A stretch of DNA of 64,000 bases, taken from the NCBI GenBank assembly GCA_051251855.1, contig JBPOGI010000002.1, positions 288,001 to 352,000 on the forward strand, in the 5' to 3' direction. This DNA comes from Roseibacillus sp. Lineage in GTDB: Bacteria > Verrucomicrobiota > Verrucomicrobiia > Verrucomicrobiales > Akkermansiaceae. Positions 9,847 through 18,836 of this stretch are shown piece after piece. The notes below the pieces were generated by a model. It had not been told where the DNA came from. It made no database searches and saw only the letters and a list, made by a program, of their open reading frames with translations. Position 1 is the first letter of the stretch. Every line of letters begins with the position of its first letter. The position numbers and the translations under genes are program-made.

Positions 9847-10644
9847 ATGAAAACATTTAAATATTCAGTTTGTTCCCTTCTACTTCTTCTTGGCAATACC
9901 CTTGCAAGTGAAGATGCCCCCACTGGCTACCTGGATGCCTCTTCACTCTTGGTGCGTGCCACAAGTAAAGTGAACCTCGATTGGAAGGTTGAGTTTCCTG
10001 GCGGAGATGAAATCGAGGAAATCTGCGAAATCGATCCCGAGACCGACACTGTTACCACTACTACCGAGACTTCAGTGAAGATTCGTCTCTTGGGAGCCGG
10101 TTACGGAAACGATTATGCCTATGGATGGCAGGAAAGCTGGGTGAAGTTCTCTGATGAGTGGGTTGCTGGAAAGTTCTTCGAAGGCACGGGTGATACTGTG
10201 AACCCCAACGAGATTCTTAAAAACCGCACTGTTGGCGAGGGAATCGAGTTGAACATGGGTTTCCGTGGATGTGTTTATGCTACGGCTTCAACTCCTTGGT
10301 GGAAGCGTACTTGGAATGATTGGCGCATGATGGGTGTGGGTCACGGTGGAATCCTAATTCTCAAAAACGGAGACCTTGCTCCCCAGTTTTCTCCAGAGAG
10401 CAGTAACCAGCTTTCAGCTAAAACGTTCCTAACTCCATACCTTTCCGCTGATGGTGAGAACATCAAGATTGGGCCCCGGGACTTGATTATCCTTGTCGAC
10501 TTGAACAAGTCATCTGCTGCTGAAGGTGCTGACTATCAGGACCAAGTGATTCTCATGACCTTCAACGACGAGGAAGTCGAAGTTGAGGAAGAAGACAATA
10601 GCGGAGATTCTCAAGGTCGTCGCAGTGGACGCGGAAGAGGTTAA
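9847..10644 (+). CDS. Secreted hypothetical protein with DUF4114-like C-terminus
   Basis: Signal peptide; IGPRDLIILVDL...DYQDQVILMTF. Preceded by an AT-rich region. Confidence 0.7.
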   Translation: MKTFKYSVCSLLLLLGNTLASEDAPTGYLDASSLLVRATSKVNLDWKVEFPGGDEIEEICEIDPETDTVTTTTETSVKIRLLGAGYGNDYAYGWQESWVKFSDEWVAGKFFEGTGDTVNPNEILKNRTVGEGIELNMGFRGCVYATASTPWWKRTWNDWRMMGVGHGGILILKNGDLAPQFSPESSNQLSAKTFLTPYLSADGENIKIGPRDLIILVDLNKSSAAEGADYQDQVILMTFNDEEVEVEEEDNSGDSQGRRSGRGRG

Positions 10645-10707
10645 TATCGCCATAAATTAATAATTGGCTAAATTAACCCTGTCATGATATAAAACTTTTC
10701 TTTACTA

Positions 10708-11238
10708 ATGAAAATAGTGTCCCCCATGCCTTTCTTGGCTCTGTCTTTGGCAGTCACCTTGGTCCAGCCAGTATCGGCTGAGATTCGGAAGGCTCCGACC
10801 GCAGATGAAGTCTCGGCAAAACGTCGCCAGGTGAATGCGGTCTACGATTCCGCTGGAACTAAGGCTGTCGAAAGCGAAGTGAAGATTGAGAAGGCCAGAA
10901 CGAACCTCTTGGCGACTTCTGAATACTTGGTCGGTCCCCATGGCTTTGTGCTAATTCCCAAGGGGGCGCTCATCACTGAGGGGAATATGGTCACTGTTTC
11001 TGCAACCGCTCCTACGGATACTAAATTTCTCACTTGGGATGACTTTGTCAGAAAGCACCGAGCGGGAATCCGCCTTATTTCCATCAGCGAGCAGCAGTGG
11101 ATGGGCGAAACTTCGCTCGACTCTCTATTACCAAAGCTGGAGGCCGCAAAAAAGGGGTCGTTTACAGCCCTTACTTCATTGAATGGCTCAGTGGTTAGCC
11201 TGCCTGCTATTCAGAAACTTCTCACTTCAAAATCATGA
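10708..11238 (+). CDS. Secreted hypothetical protein
   Basis: Signal peptide; ATGA overlap with the next gene. Confidence 0.75.
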   Translation: MKIVSPMPFLALSLAVTLVQPVSAEIRKAPTADEVSAKRRQVNAVYDSAGTKAVESEVKIEKARTNLLATSEYLVGPHGFVLIPKGALITEGNMVTVSATAPTDTKFLTWDDFVRKHRAGIRLISISEQQWMGETSLDSLLPKLEAAKKGSFTALTSLNGSVVSLPAIQKLLTSKS

Positions 11239-12338
11239 AATCTCGTTATCTTTTCTTAGCTCTTACTCTTCCTGGTTTTGTCGCGGTGAATGTCCATGCC
11301 GACACTGACGATTGGATTGTAAGTCTTTTGCAGCATCAGCTCGCAACAGGTGGAACCCATGAGACCTTTGTCGCTGCTGAAGGGCAAGGTCTCTCGGCAG
11401 CTCCAGTTCCCGAAGGAGGATCAGAGTTTATTCTGAGAGCAGTTCGTCAAACTGACTCAGGAATGGAAGAAGTCATCATCGATCGTGAAACTGTGGGTTC
11501 TTATATGCCGTCCGGTGAATTAACGATTACCACGGAGGACCCTTATAGTGGACCGATTCCTCGGACCCGTATCGATCGCGGTTTCACTCTGGCCTACGAG
11601 GTGGATGGAATTGTTCAGGAGAGTGCGAGTAGCGATGTTCCGCTTGCTGCCCGCCAAGTCTTGTTGGACCACGAAGTTGCTAATTACGATGTCGGGACGA
11701 TTCAAACGCCACTTCTGGGAGCAGTTATTTCGGTGGTTGTGGAGGATGTTTTTGGTGAATTGCTACCCGCAGTGAATTTTGATCAGCGTATGATTACAAG
11801 CAACGGGCTTCAAAACCTGAGCTTTAGCGCCTCCAATATTGCAGGAGATAATGTCTACCAAGATGCAGGAGTGGAGACATTCCGCCTCTATGCCTTGCCT
11901 GATGGTGAAATTGCGCAGCTTCAGTTAGATGAGGTCAAAGTGCAAGTTTGGCCGATGACTGAGGCTGAAATGACGGGGGTGGAGATGCACGAAACCTACA
12001 CCACGATTCCTGAAATCGCGGTTGAGCTCTCAAATCTCTATCCCGATAGCACGACTTGGGTTCAGCTCTACCTCGGTGAGCATGAGCCGGGAACTGAAGG
12101 TGAGATGGTTAATGAAAGCACAATCGTAGTGGAAGATGTTCTTCCGCGCTCTACACGCCTCGTCTTCCGCGACCTTCCTCAATACTTTACCGAGAATGGT
12201 CTTTGGACTCTCGAGGTATTGACTGAGACACCCTTCGGAATTGAGATTCTTGATTACACGACCCTCGATGTTGCGCTCGATGTTGACAAAGACACCATCA
12301 AGGTAAGGGGGTCGTTCCAAGGCCTCGCCGATAATTAA
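11235..12338 (+). CDS. Secreted acidic beta-rich hypothetical protein
   Basis: Signal peptide (VHA), 367-aa ORF, translationally coupled to the previous gene. Confidence 0.8.
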   Translation: MKSRYLFLALTLPGFVAVNVHADTDDWIVSLLQHQLATGGTHETFVAAEGQGLSAAPVPEGGSEFILRAVRQTDSGMEEVIIDRETVGSYMPSGELTITTEDPYSGPIPRTRIDRGFTLAYEVDGIVQESASSDVPLAARQVLLDHEVANYDVGTIQTPLLGAVISVVVEDVFGELLPAVNFDQRMITSNGLQNLSFSASNIAGDNVYQDAGVETFRLYALPDGEIAQLQLDEVKVQVWPMTEAEMTGVEMHETYTTIPEIAVELSNLYPDSTTWVQLYLGEHEPGTEGEMVNESTIVVEDVLPRSTRLVFRDLPQYFTENGLWTLEVLTETPFGIEILDYTTLDVALDVDKDTIKVRGSFQGLADN

Positions 12339-12467
12339 AATTGCTTTCAAAGGCATCCGCATAGCTCACGAGGTCGAGTCCCTCAACCTAGAGACTCTCT
12401 TGCGTGAGCTATGCTCCCATTTCTCAAATTTGTTCACCTCAATTAACCCCATTAACTTGTTTACCTT

Positions 12468-12656
12468 ATGAAGCGATTTTCTAGCAGCTTTCTCTCCTTT
12501 CTTGGTGCTGTTCCCCAATCTGTCTTGGAGCCTACTCATCCCAAAGGAGGGGTGCCCGTTTCTTCCCCGCAGCGGGAGGACTTGCGAAAAGAGCAAGCTC
12601 TTGCCAAGGCGCTTAAGTCTACTTCCTTGGCTTCTAGCGAATTCCAAGAAAACTAG
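12468..12656 (+). CDS. Possible small hypothetical protein
   Basis: 62-aa ORF filling the gap, converging on the rfbB stop; no motif. Confidence 0.25.
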   Translation: MKRFSSSFLSFLGAVPQSVLEPTHPKGGVPVSSPQREDLRKEQALAKALKSTSLASSEFQEN

Positions 12657-13618
12657 TGGGCGGCTCCCAAATCCACGGAAAGCGCTCGGACGACTTCAGG
12701 GAATGCTTCACGGAAGTCGGCTTTGGGCTGCCAGCCAAACCACATCAAGGCTTTCTCGGTATCGAGGGCGTAGCGTTCATCATGGCCTAGTCGGTCAGGG
12801 ACATGCTCAATGAGGGTGTGAGGCTTACGCAAGGCGTCGAGGATTGAGCGGGCCATCCCAAGGTTGGTGCGTTCGCGGTGGCCTGAGAAATGGTAAATCT
12901 CACCTGATTTCCCACGTCGCCAAGCAGCTAAGAGGCCCTCGCAATGGTCATCCACGTGGATCCAATCGCGAATCTGATGGCCGCTTCCATAAATGGGCAA
13001 AGGCTGGTCTCTGAGCGCTTTTTGAATAAAGAGAGGAATGAGCTTCTCGGGATGTTGTCGAGGGCCGTAGTTATTAGTGCACCGAGTGATGATGGTTTCT
13101 ACGCTGTGGGTGTGTGTCGCGGCTAAGCAAAGGAGGTCGGCAGAAGCCTTGCTCGCGGCGTAGGGTGAGCTGGGGAGGAGAGGACTTGTTTCCTTGGCTT
13201 TCTCTGGTGAGGGGATGGGGCCGTAAACTTCGTCAGTCGAGCAATGGAGGAGGGGGAGATTGTGTTTCTGGGCGGCGGCCAGTAAGGTGGCAGTCCCAAC
13301 AACATTGGAGATGACGAAATTCTCCGAGTCTTCGATAGAACGGTCGACGTGTGACTCGGCCGCGAGATGAAAAATACCTGTGATGTTGTGTTCTTGAATG
13401 AGCCTTTCCAATAGCGCGCCATCACAAATGTCTCCTTGGACAAAGTGGCAGCGAGGATCTTGCTCGGGTAGAGCGAGGTTCGAGCGATTACCGGCGTAGG
13501 TCAGTTTGTCGAGGACGACGAGAGTTCCCAAATCTTCCTCTGCAAGAAGATGTCGCGCCAAGCTCGAGCCGATAAAGCCGGCTCCGCCGGTGAGGAGGAT
13601 AGATTGGAGGCTACGCAT
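12653..13618 (-). CDS. rfbB: dTDP-glucose 4,6-dehydratase
   Basis: TGGAGFIG, DKLTYAG, HLAAESHVDRSI, STDEVYG, YAASK, NNYGP. Confidence 0.95.
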   Translation of the reverse strand: MRSLQSILLTGGAGFIGSSLARHLLAEEDLGTLVVLDKLTYAGNRSNLALPEQDPRCHFVQGDICDGALLERLIQEHNITGIFHLAAESHVDRSIEDSENFVISNVVGTATLLAAAQKHNLPLLHCSTDEVYGPIPSPEKAKETSPLLPSSPYAASKASADLLCLAATHTHSVETIITRCTNNYGPRQHPEKLIPLFIQKALRDQPLPIYGSGHQIRDWIHVDDHCEGLLAAWRRGKSGEIYHFSGHRERTNLGMARSILDALRKPHTLIEHVPDRLGHDERYALDTEKALMWFGWQPKADFREAFPEVVRALSVDLGAAH

Positions 13619-13888
13619 AATGCTGTAAGCAAGATACTCTGCTCTGTGGTCGGGTGATAGGCTGCATTTTTGCCAAGTGCGGCATTTCGGAGAAGGGCCC
13701 TTGGAATGAAAGAGGGGGAGTGGTCGGAAAAAGGGGCAACTTCTCACCTCAATCTCGCCATTTGTCTTGCATCATTTCGGCTCTCCAGTCAGAAGAGCGG
13801 CGCTCCATACGGACGCGTTCTGACAAGCAGGCGACTCCCCGGATGGAGTGAACCTTAAGCGGTCTCCTCAGAGGCCAAACGGCAGAAC

Positions 13889-15058
13889 ATGGATAGTCTT
13901 TCAAATCGAGTACAGGCGGTCACCCCATCGGTGACCTTGGCGGTGACCAATCAGGCGAAAGCCTTGCGAGCCCAGGGAGAAGAAATTTACGGACTGGCCG
14001 GTGGCGAGCCCGAGATGGACACCCCTAATCATATCAAGACCGCGGCAATCACGGCTTTGCAAGAGGGGAAAACGAAATACACACCCGCAGCAGGAATTCC
14101 TGAGTTGCGTGAGGGTATCGCGAAGAAGCTCCTGACGGAGAATAATATCGAAGTCGAGACCAAGGGCGTCTGCGTCACCAGTGGCGGTAAACAGGCGTGC
14201 TTCAATGCTATTCTGGCAGTGGTTGAAGAGGGTGACGAAGTCATCATTCCTACTCCTTATTGGGTGAGCTACCCCGAGATGGTGCGTCTGGCAGGCGGAA
14301 CACCGGTGATGATCGAAACTACTGCCGCAAATGGTTGGAAAATCACTGCCGATCAGTTCGAGGAAGCGATGACCCCCGCTACCAAGATGATCATCCTCAA
14401 TTCTCCCGGTAACCCAACCGGAACGATTTACACCGAAGATGAACTCAAGGCTATCGGCGAGATTGCTGGTTATGAAGACATCGTCATTCTGTCTGACGAG
14501 ATTTACGAAAAGCTGATCTATGGTGACAAGAAGCATGTGAGCATTGCCTCCATTAGCGAGGAGCTTGCTCAGCTGAGTGTTGTCGTTGGTGGATTCTCCA
14601 AAGCATATTCTATGACGGGTTGGCGTTTGGGTTACACCGCGACCGCGAATGCCGCGATCGCCCAGGCCCTTTCCAAGATTCAAGGACACACCTCCTCCAA
14701 CGCGACGACCTTTGCTCAATACGGCGCCTTGGCTGCGCTCGAAGGACCGCAAGATTTTATCGAAGATATGCGCCAGGAATATGATGTGCGTCGTCAGTTT
14801 GTTGCTGGTCGCTTGAAGTCTATTTCCAACGTTTCCTTTGTGGAGCCGGAAGGCGCTTTCTACTTCTTCGTGGATTGCACCGACATGGGTCTCAAGTCTC
14901 AGAATCTCTGTGACAAGTTGCTGAACCGCTACAAGGTCGCAATGGTTCCTGGCATTGCCTTTGGCCATGATGCCTCGGTTCGTCTGAGCTATTGCACTAC
15001 TCTTGACGTGCTTGCTGAGGGACTCAGCCGTTTCGAAGAATTCTGCGAAAGCCACTAG
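13889..15058 (+). CDS. aspC: PLP-dependent class I/II (aspartate) aminotransferase
   Basis: GEP, NSPGNPTG, SDEIY, FSKAYSMTGWRLG. Confidence 0.9.
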   Translation: MDSLSNRVQAVTPSVTLAVTNQAKALRAQGEEIYGLAGGEPEMDTPNHIKTAAITALQEGKTKYTPAAGIPELREGIAKKLLTENNIEVETKGVCVTSGGKQACFNAILAVVEEGDEVIIPTPYWVSYPEMVRLAGGTPVMIETTAANGWKITADQFEEAMTPATKMIILNSPGNPTGTIYTEDELKAIGEIAGYEDIVILSDEIYEKLIYGDKKHVSIASISEELAQLSVVVGGFSKAYSMTGWRLGYTATANAAIAQALSKIQGHTSSNATTFAQYGALAALEGPQDFIEDMRQEYDVRRQFVAGRLKSISNVSFVEPEGAFYFFVDCTDMGLKSQNLCDKLLNRYKVAMVPGIAFGHDASVRLSYCTTLDVLAEGLSRFEEFCESH

Positions 15059-15070
15059 CCCTACTTAAAG

Positions 15071-15853
15071 ATGAACTCGACCGCACACGGTATTGATTTG
15101 TCTGCCTTGCTTGCTGCGACCAAGCAGGCAGGGGAAGTGATTTTGGAGGTTTATGCCCGCGACTTCGAAGTGGAGTATAAGGGTGATGATTCTCCACTCA
15201 CTGAAGCCGATAAAGCCGGTAACGCGGTCTTGATGAAGTTTCTTCGGGGAACATATCCCGAGATTCCGGTCATCTCAGAAGAGAACAAGCCCGAGGAGTA
15301 TTCCGTGCGAAAGGATTGGGAGCGCTTTTGGCTCGTGGATCCTCTCGATGGCACCAAAGAGTTCATCAAGAAGAATGGCGAGTTCACGGTGAACGTTGCT
15401 TTGATTGAAAATGGGGTGCCGATTTTGGGCGTCGTTTACCGACCTACTACCGAGACTTTCCATCTGGGTGTAGTGGGCGAAGGAGCTTGGCGTATCGAGG
15501 GCGACTCCGAAACTCTTCTTGAGCCTCAGCCTCACTATTCTTCTTTGCAGAAAGTACGGGTCGTTGCCAGTCGTTCTCACCTCACGCCTGAGGTGGAGCA
15601 GTTTGTGGCGGACCTCAAGTCAGAGGGAAAGGAAGTGGAGTTTCTCTCGGCGGGAAGTTCTCTCAAGCTTTGCTTGGTAGCGGAAGGGGCGGCGGATGTT
15701 TATCCTCGCTTTGGTCCTACCATGGAATGGGATACTGGGGCGGCTCATGCGGTTGCACTGGCAGCAGGTCGTCAGGTGAATCATCGCGAGACTGGTAAGC
15801 CATTGGCCTACAATAAGGAGAATCTCCTGAATCCTTATTTTATCGTGGAATAG
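15071..15853 (+). CDS. cysQ: 3'(2'),5'-bisphosphate nucleotidase
   Basis: KGDDSPLTEAD, LVDPLDGTKEF, GSSLK, EWDTGAAHA. Confidence 0.95.
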   Translation: MNSTAHGIDLSALLAATKQAGEVILEVYARDFEVEYKGDDSPLTEADKAGNAVLMKFLRGTYPEIPVISEENKPEEYSVRKDWERFWLVDPLDGTKEFIKKNGEFTVNVALIENGVPILGVVYRPTTETFHLGVVGEGAWRIEGDSETLLEPQPHYSSLQKVRVVASRSHLTPEVEQFVADLKSEGKEVEFLSAGSSLKLCLVAEGAADVYPRFGPTMEWDTGAAHAVALAAGRQVNHRETGKPLAYNKENLLNPYFIVE

Positions 15854-15872
15854 TTTCTGCAATAAGAGCGGC

Positions 15873-16967
15873 ATGAACGTTCTCATTGCCTGCGACAAAT
15901 TCAAAGGGTCACTCTCCGCGCGGGAAGTGGCTCTTTCTATTCAAAAGGGTCTCGGCGAGGCCTATCAGTGCGAACTTTGCCCGATTGCGGATGGGGGGGA
16001 GGGCTTTGTGGATGCCATGCTGGCAGCGCTGGGTGGCGAGGTGAAGAAATGTGTGGTGCAGGATGCGATGGGGCTGGAAGTGGAAGCCAGCTACGGGATG
16101 TCCGGTGAGATGGCGATCATTGAGATGGCTGATGCCTCGGGTCTCTGGCGTATCGAGGAAGAGCGTCGTGACGTCTTGAGCGCCTCCACTTATGGGACGG
16201 GTCAATTGATTCGTGATGCTATGGCGCAAGGAGCCAGCAAGATTCTTCTAGGGGTGGGCGGCAGTGCTACCAACGATGGCGGAGTCGGGATGGCGGCGGC
16301 TTTGGGTTGGCAATTTTTTGACGAAGAGGGAGAGGCGCTGGCGACGAATCCAGCAGCGTTAGCGGATCTCGCAACTTTGGATGGAAGTGCGGTTCATCAG
16401 CTTCCCGAGATCGAGGTGGCTTGCGATGTTGAGAATCCCCTCCTTGGCGAGCGTGGGGCGACGGCTATTTTCGGTCCCCAGAAGGGGGCTGGTCCTGAGG
16501 AGCGAGAGTATTTGGAGGCTTATCTCACCCATCTCATGGAAGTGAGCGGAGGGGAAGGTTTAGCTAAGATTCTAGGTGCCGGGGCTGCGGGCGGGTTGGC
16601 TTGGGGGCTGATGAAATTCGCCAATGCGCGCTTACGACCTGGTTTCGATATCGTTGCTGATGCGACTCATCTTCACGAGCGTATTGCCAAGGCCGACCTC
16701 GTGATCACGGGGGAAGGTTCTTTGGACGCGCAAAGCTTGGAAGGCAAGGGGCCCATTGGAGTGGCTCGTCTCGCAAAAGCCCAAGGAAAACGGGTGGTCG
16801 CCATTGCGGGGTATATTTCGGAGGAGGTAAAAGCGAGCGGACTTTGTGATGAAGCGATTGCGCTGGCGGATTCGGGGCATCCTCTGGAGCATCTCATTGC
16901 TCATGCTCACGAATTCGTGGAAAAGGGGGCCCGTGACTTTGCTGAACGTGAAGAATTGAAGGGGTGA
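15873..16967 (+). CDS. glxK: Glycerate kinase (GlxK/GarK family)
   Basis: DKFKGSL, PIADGGEG, GGSATNDGG, ITGEG. Confidence 0.93.
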   Translation: MNVLIACDKFKGSLSAREVALSIQKGLGEAYQCELCPIADGGEGFVDAMLAALGGEVKKCVVQDAMGLEVEASYGMSGEMAIIEMADASGLWRIEEERRDVLSASTYGTGQLIRDAMAQGASKILLGVGGSATNDGGVGMAAALGWQFFDEEGEALATNPAALADLATLDGSAVHQLPEIEVACDVENPLLGERGATAIFGPQKGAGPEEREYLEAYLTHLMEVSGGEGLAKILGAGAAGGLAWGLMKFANARLRPGFDIVADATHLHERIAKADLVITGEGSLDAQSLEGKGPIGVARLAKAQGKRVVAIAGYISEEVKASGLCDEAIALADSGHPLEHLIAHAHEFVEKGARDFAEREELKG

Positions 16968-17041
16968 GGAGACTGCGGAAAGGATTCTCTGTAATCAGGG
17001 ATGGCTTAATGAGGCGTGATTGAGGACCATTGAACCGATTC

Positions 17042-18463
17042 ATGAAAATCTCTCTAAAAATACTCGCCATTTTTCTCGGTCTGCTTTTCGTTGCGCCCTT
17101 TTCTCTGGGTGAGGTCTTTCTCGGGCAAGGTTGTATGAGTGGGGAGGTGACGGAGTCGTCGGTCTATCTCCAAACTCGCCTGACTGCATCCCAAGGATTG
17201 AACAAGCAGGGAGACCTAACGGGGGTGGCGGGAGTGGTTGCTTTCGAATGGAGTGTTGAGGAGGGTTTTGCGAACTTAGAGAAAACGGCCTTTCTTTCGA
17301 CAGAGATCGGCAATGATTTTTTAGTGCGAACTCAGCTCACCAACCTTTCGCCTAAAACCCGCTATTACTATCGGGCGCATTTTGGAGAAAATGAGAAGAA
17401 GCTTCAAGTTGGGCCGGTTTGTTCGTTTAAAACCCTTCCCGGGGGAGATGGTGATGGGGAGGTAACCTTTATCGTTGGGAGTTGCATGAACTATTGCAAG
17501 TTTATGTATGGCCGAGACGCAAGGGCGAGTGGGCCCGTGACCGCGACCGACGAAGATAAGCGGCTGGGCTATCCCGCACTTGATCCCATGCGCGAGATGA
17601 AGCCGGATTTCTTCGTGGGGACGGGGGACATCGTTTACTACGACAATCCGGCTCGCAATGCGAAGACCTTGCCCGAACTGCGAAAGTGTTGGCATGAGCA
17701 ATTTCGCTTTCAGCGTATGAAGGACTTCTTGCAGGACGTTCCAAGTTATTGGTCGAAGGACGACCATGATTTTCGCTACAACGACTCTGACAATTCTGGA
17801 GGAGAAAAGTGGGCATCGGCCGAATTGGGGATCAAGATTTTCAAGGAGCAGCTTCCGATTGGCCCGTTGGGTAACAAGGAGACGAAAACCTATCGTACGC
17901 ACCGAGTGAGTGAGCATCTGCAGATTTGGTTCACGGAGGGGCGTGATTACCGTTCACCTAACAAAATGAAGGATGGACCGGAAAAGACGCTCTGGGGTGC
18001 AGAGCAATTGACTTGGCTGCAAAGAACATTGAAGGAGAGTGATGCCAAGTGGAAGTTGTTGATCACTCCGACGCCTCTAGTGGGGCCGGACGATGCCTAC
18101 AAGAAAGACAATCATGTCAACGAGGGTGGCTTTCAATATGAGGCGAATGTTTTCTTCGATTGGTTGGAAGAAAATGCGATCGAGAACTTCATGACCGTCT
18201 GCGGTGATCGTCATTGGCAGTACCACAGTATTCATCCCAACGGACATGAGGAGTTTGCGTGCGGTGCGCTCAATGATGAGAATTCGCGTATGGGGCGGGC
18301 ACCTGGAAGTCCCAAGAGCACGGATCCGGAGGCTCTGATCAAGCAACTGTTTTCCTCGCCCCAGCCGCGAGGAGGCTTTGTTCGTCTGAAAGTGGGGGAG
18401 AGTTTTTCGATCGAGTATTTTACCGCGACGGGGGAGAAGCTTTATGAGGTGAGCAAAAAATAG
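17042..18463 (+). CDS. Alkaline phosphatase D (PhoD) family protein
   Basis: GSC, GDIVYYD, DDHD, GRDYRS and GDRH metallophosphatase motifs. Confidence 0.88.
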   Translation: MKISLKILAIFLGLLFVAPFSLGEVFLGQGCMSGEVTESSVYLQTRLTASQGLNKQGDLTGVAGVVAFEWSVEEGFANLEKTAFLSTEIGNDFLVRTQLTNLSPKTRYYYRAHFGENEKKLQVGPVCSFKTLPGGDGDGEVTFIVGSCMNYCKFMYGRDARASGPVTATDEDKRLGYPALDPMREMKPDFFVGTGDIVYYDNPARNAKTLPELRKCWHEQFRFQRMKDFLQDVPSYWSKDDHDFRYNDSDNSGGEKWASAELGIKIFKEQLPIGPLGNKETKTYRTHRVSEHLQIWFTEGRDYRSPNKMKDGPEKTLWGAEQLTWLQRTLKESDAKWKLLITPTPLVGPDDAYKKDNHVNEGGFQYEANVFFDWLEENAIENFMTVCGDRHWQYHSIHPNGHEEFACGALNDENSRMGRAPGSPKSTDPEALIKQLFSSPQPRGGFVRLKVGESFSIEYFTATGEKLYEVSKK

Positions 18464-18472
18464 CGCTTTGGC

Positions 18473-18755
18473 CTAGTGTCACGTCAAGAGAATACCGACG
18501 GATGGGAATTTTGTAGAGTTTTTGGGAGAATGCTCGCTTTGCTCGTGAGAAAAGAGAGTTCTCGTCGCTTTTCGACAAAAACTGCGTTGCTCGTCAGTCA
18601 TGAATCCCGATTGCCTCCGCTCCGCTCCTGCTACGCGGTCTGCAACTTCCTCCTCCGGAAGTCGGGAAAGGTTTGCGTTCACTCCTTCCTCGCGCCTTGT
18701 TTTTGGCAAAAATCGACTTCGCCGATCCGTCGCAATTCTCCTGACGCAACACTAG
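18473..18755. mobile_element. Putative MITE (283 bp) with 31-bp imperfect terminal inverted repeats ending in CTAG
   Basis: Left end ctagtgtcacgtcaagagaataccgacggat; reverse complement of right end ctagtgttgcgtcaggagaattgcgacggat (5 mismatches). No transposase. Confidence 0.75.
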
Positions 18756-18836
18756 GTGGGAGTGATTTTTGGATGAACGAGCAAAGCGGGCTTACATGTT
18801 GCGTAAAATTACATAACGGTTACGTTAATACCTGAA

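Noticed and set aside
13790..13890. tRNA (including tRNA-Sec) or known riboswitch
   Set aside because: No T-loop GTTCRA, UCA anticodon arm or known aptamer consensus.
13901..15055. 384-aa minus-strand ORF
   Set aside because: Antisense shadow of aspC; no motifs.
15071..16967. cysQ and glycerate kinase as part of the PKS/NRPS cluster
   Set aside because: Opposite strand, more than 4 kb away, in a housekeeping operon; the chemical link (PAP removal, glycerate supply) is only suggestive.
18476..18835. ORFs 18476-18835 (+) and 18479-18709 (-)
   Set aside because: Lie within the MITE; no transposase motifs.
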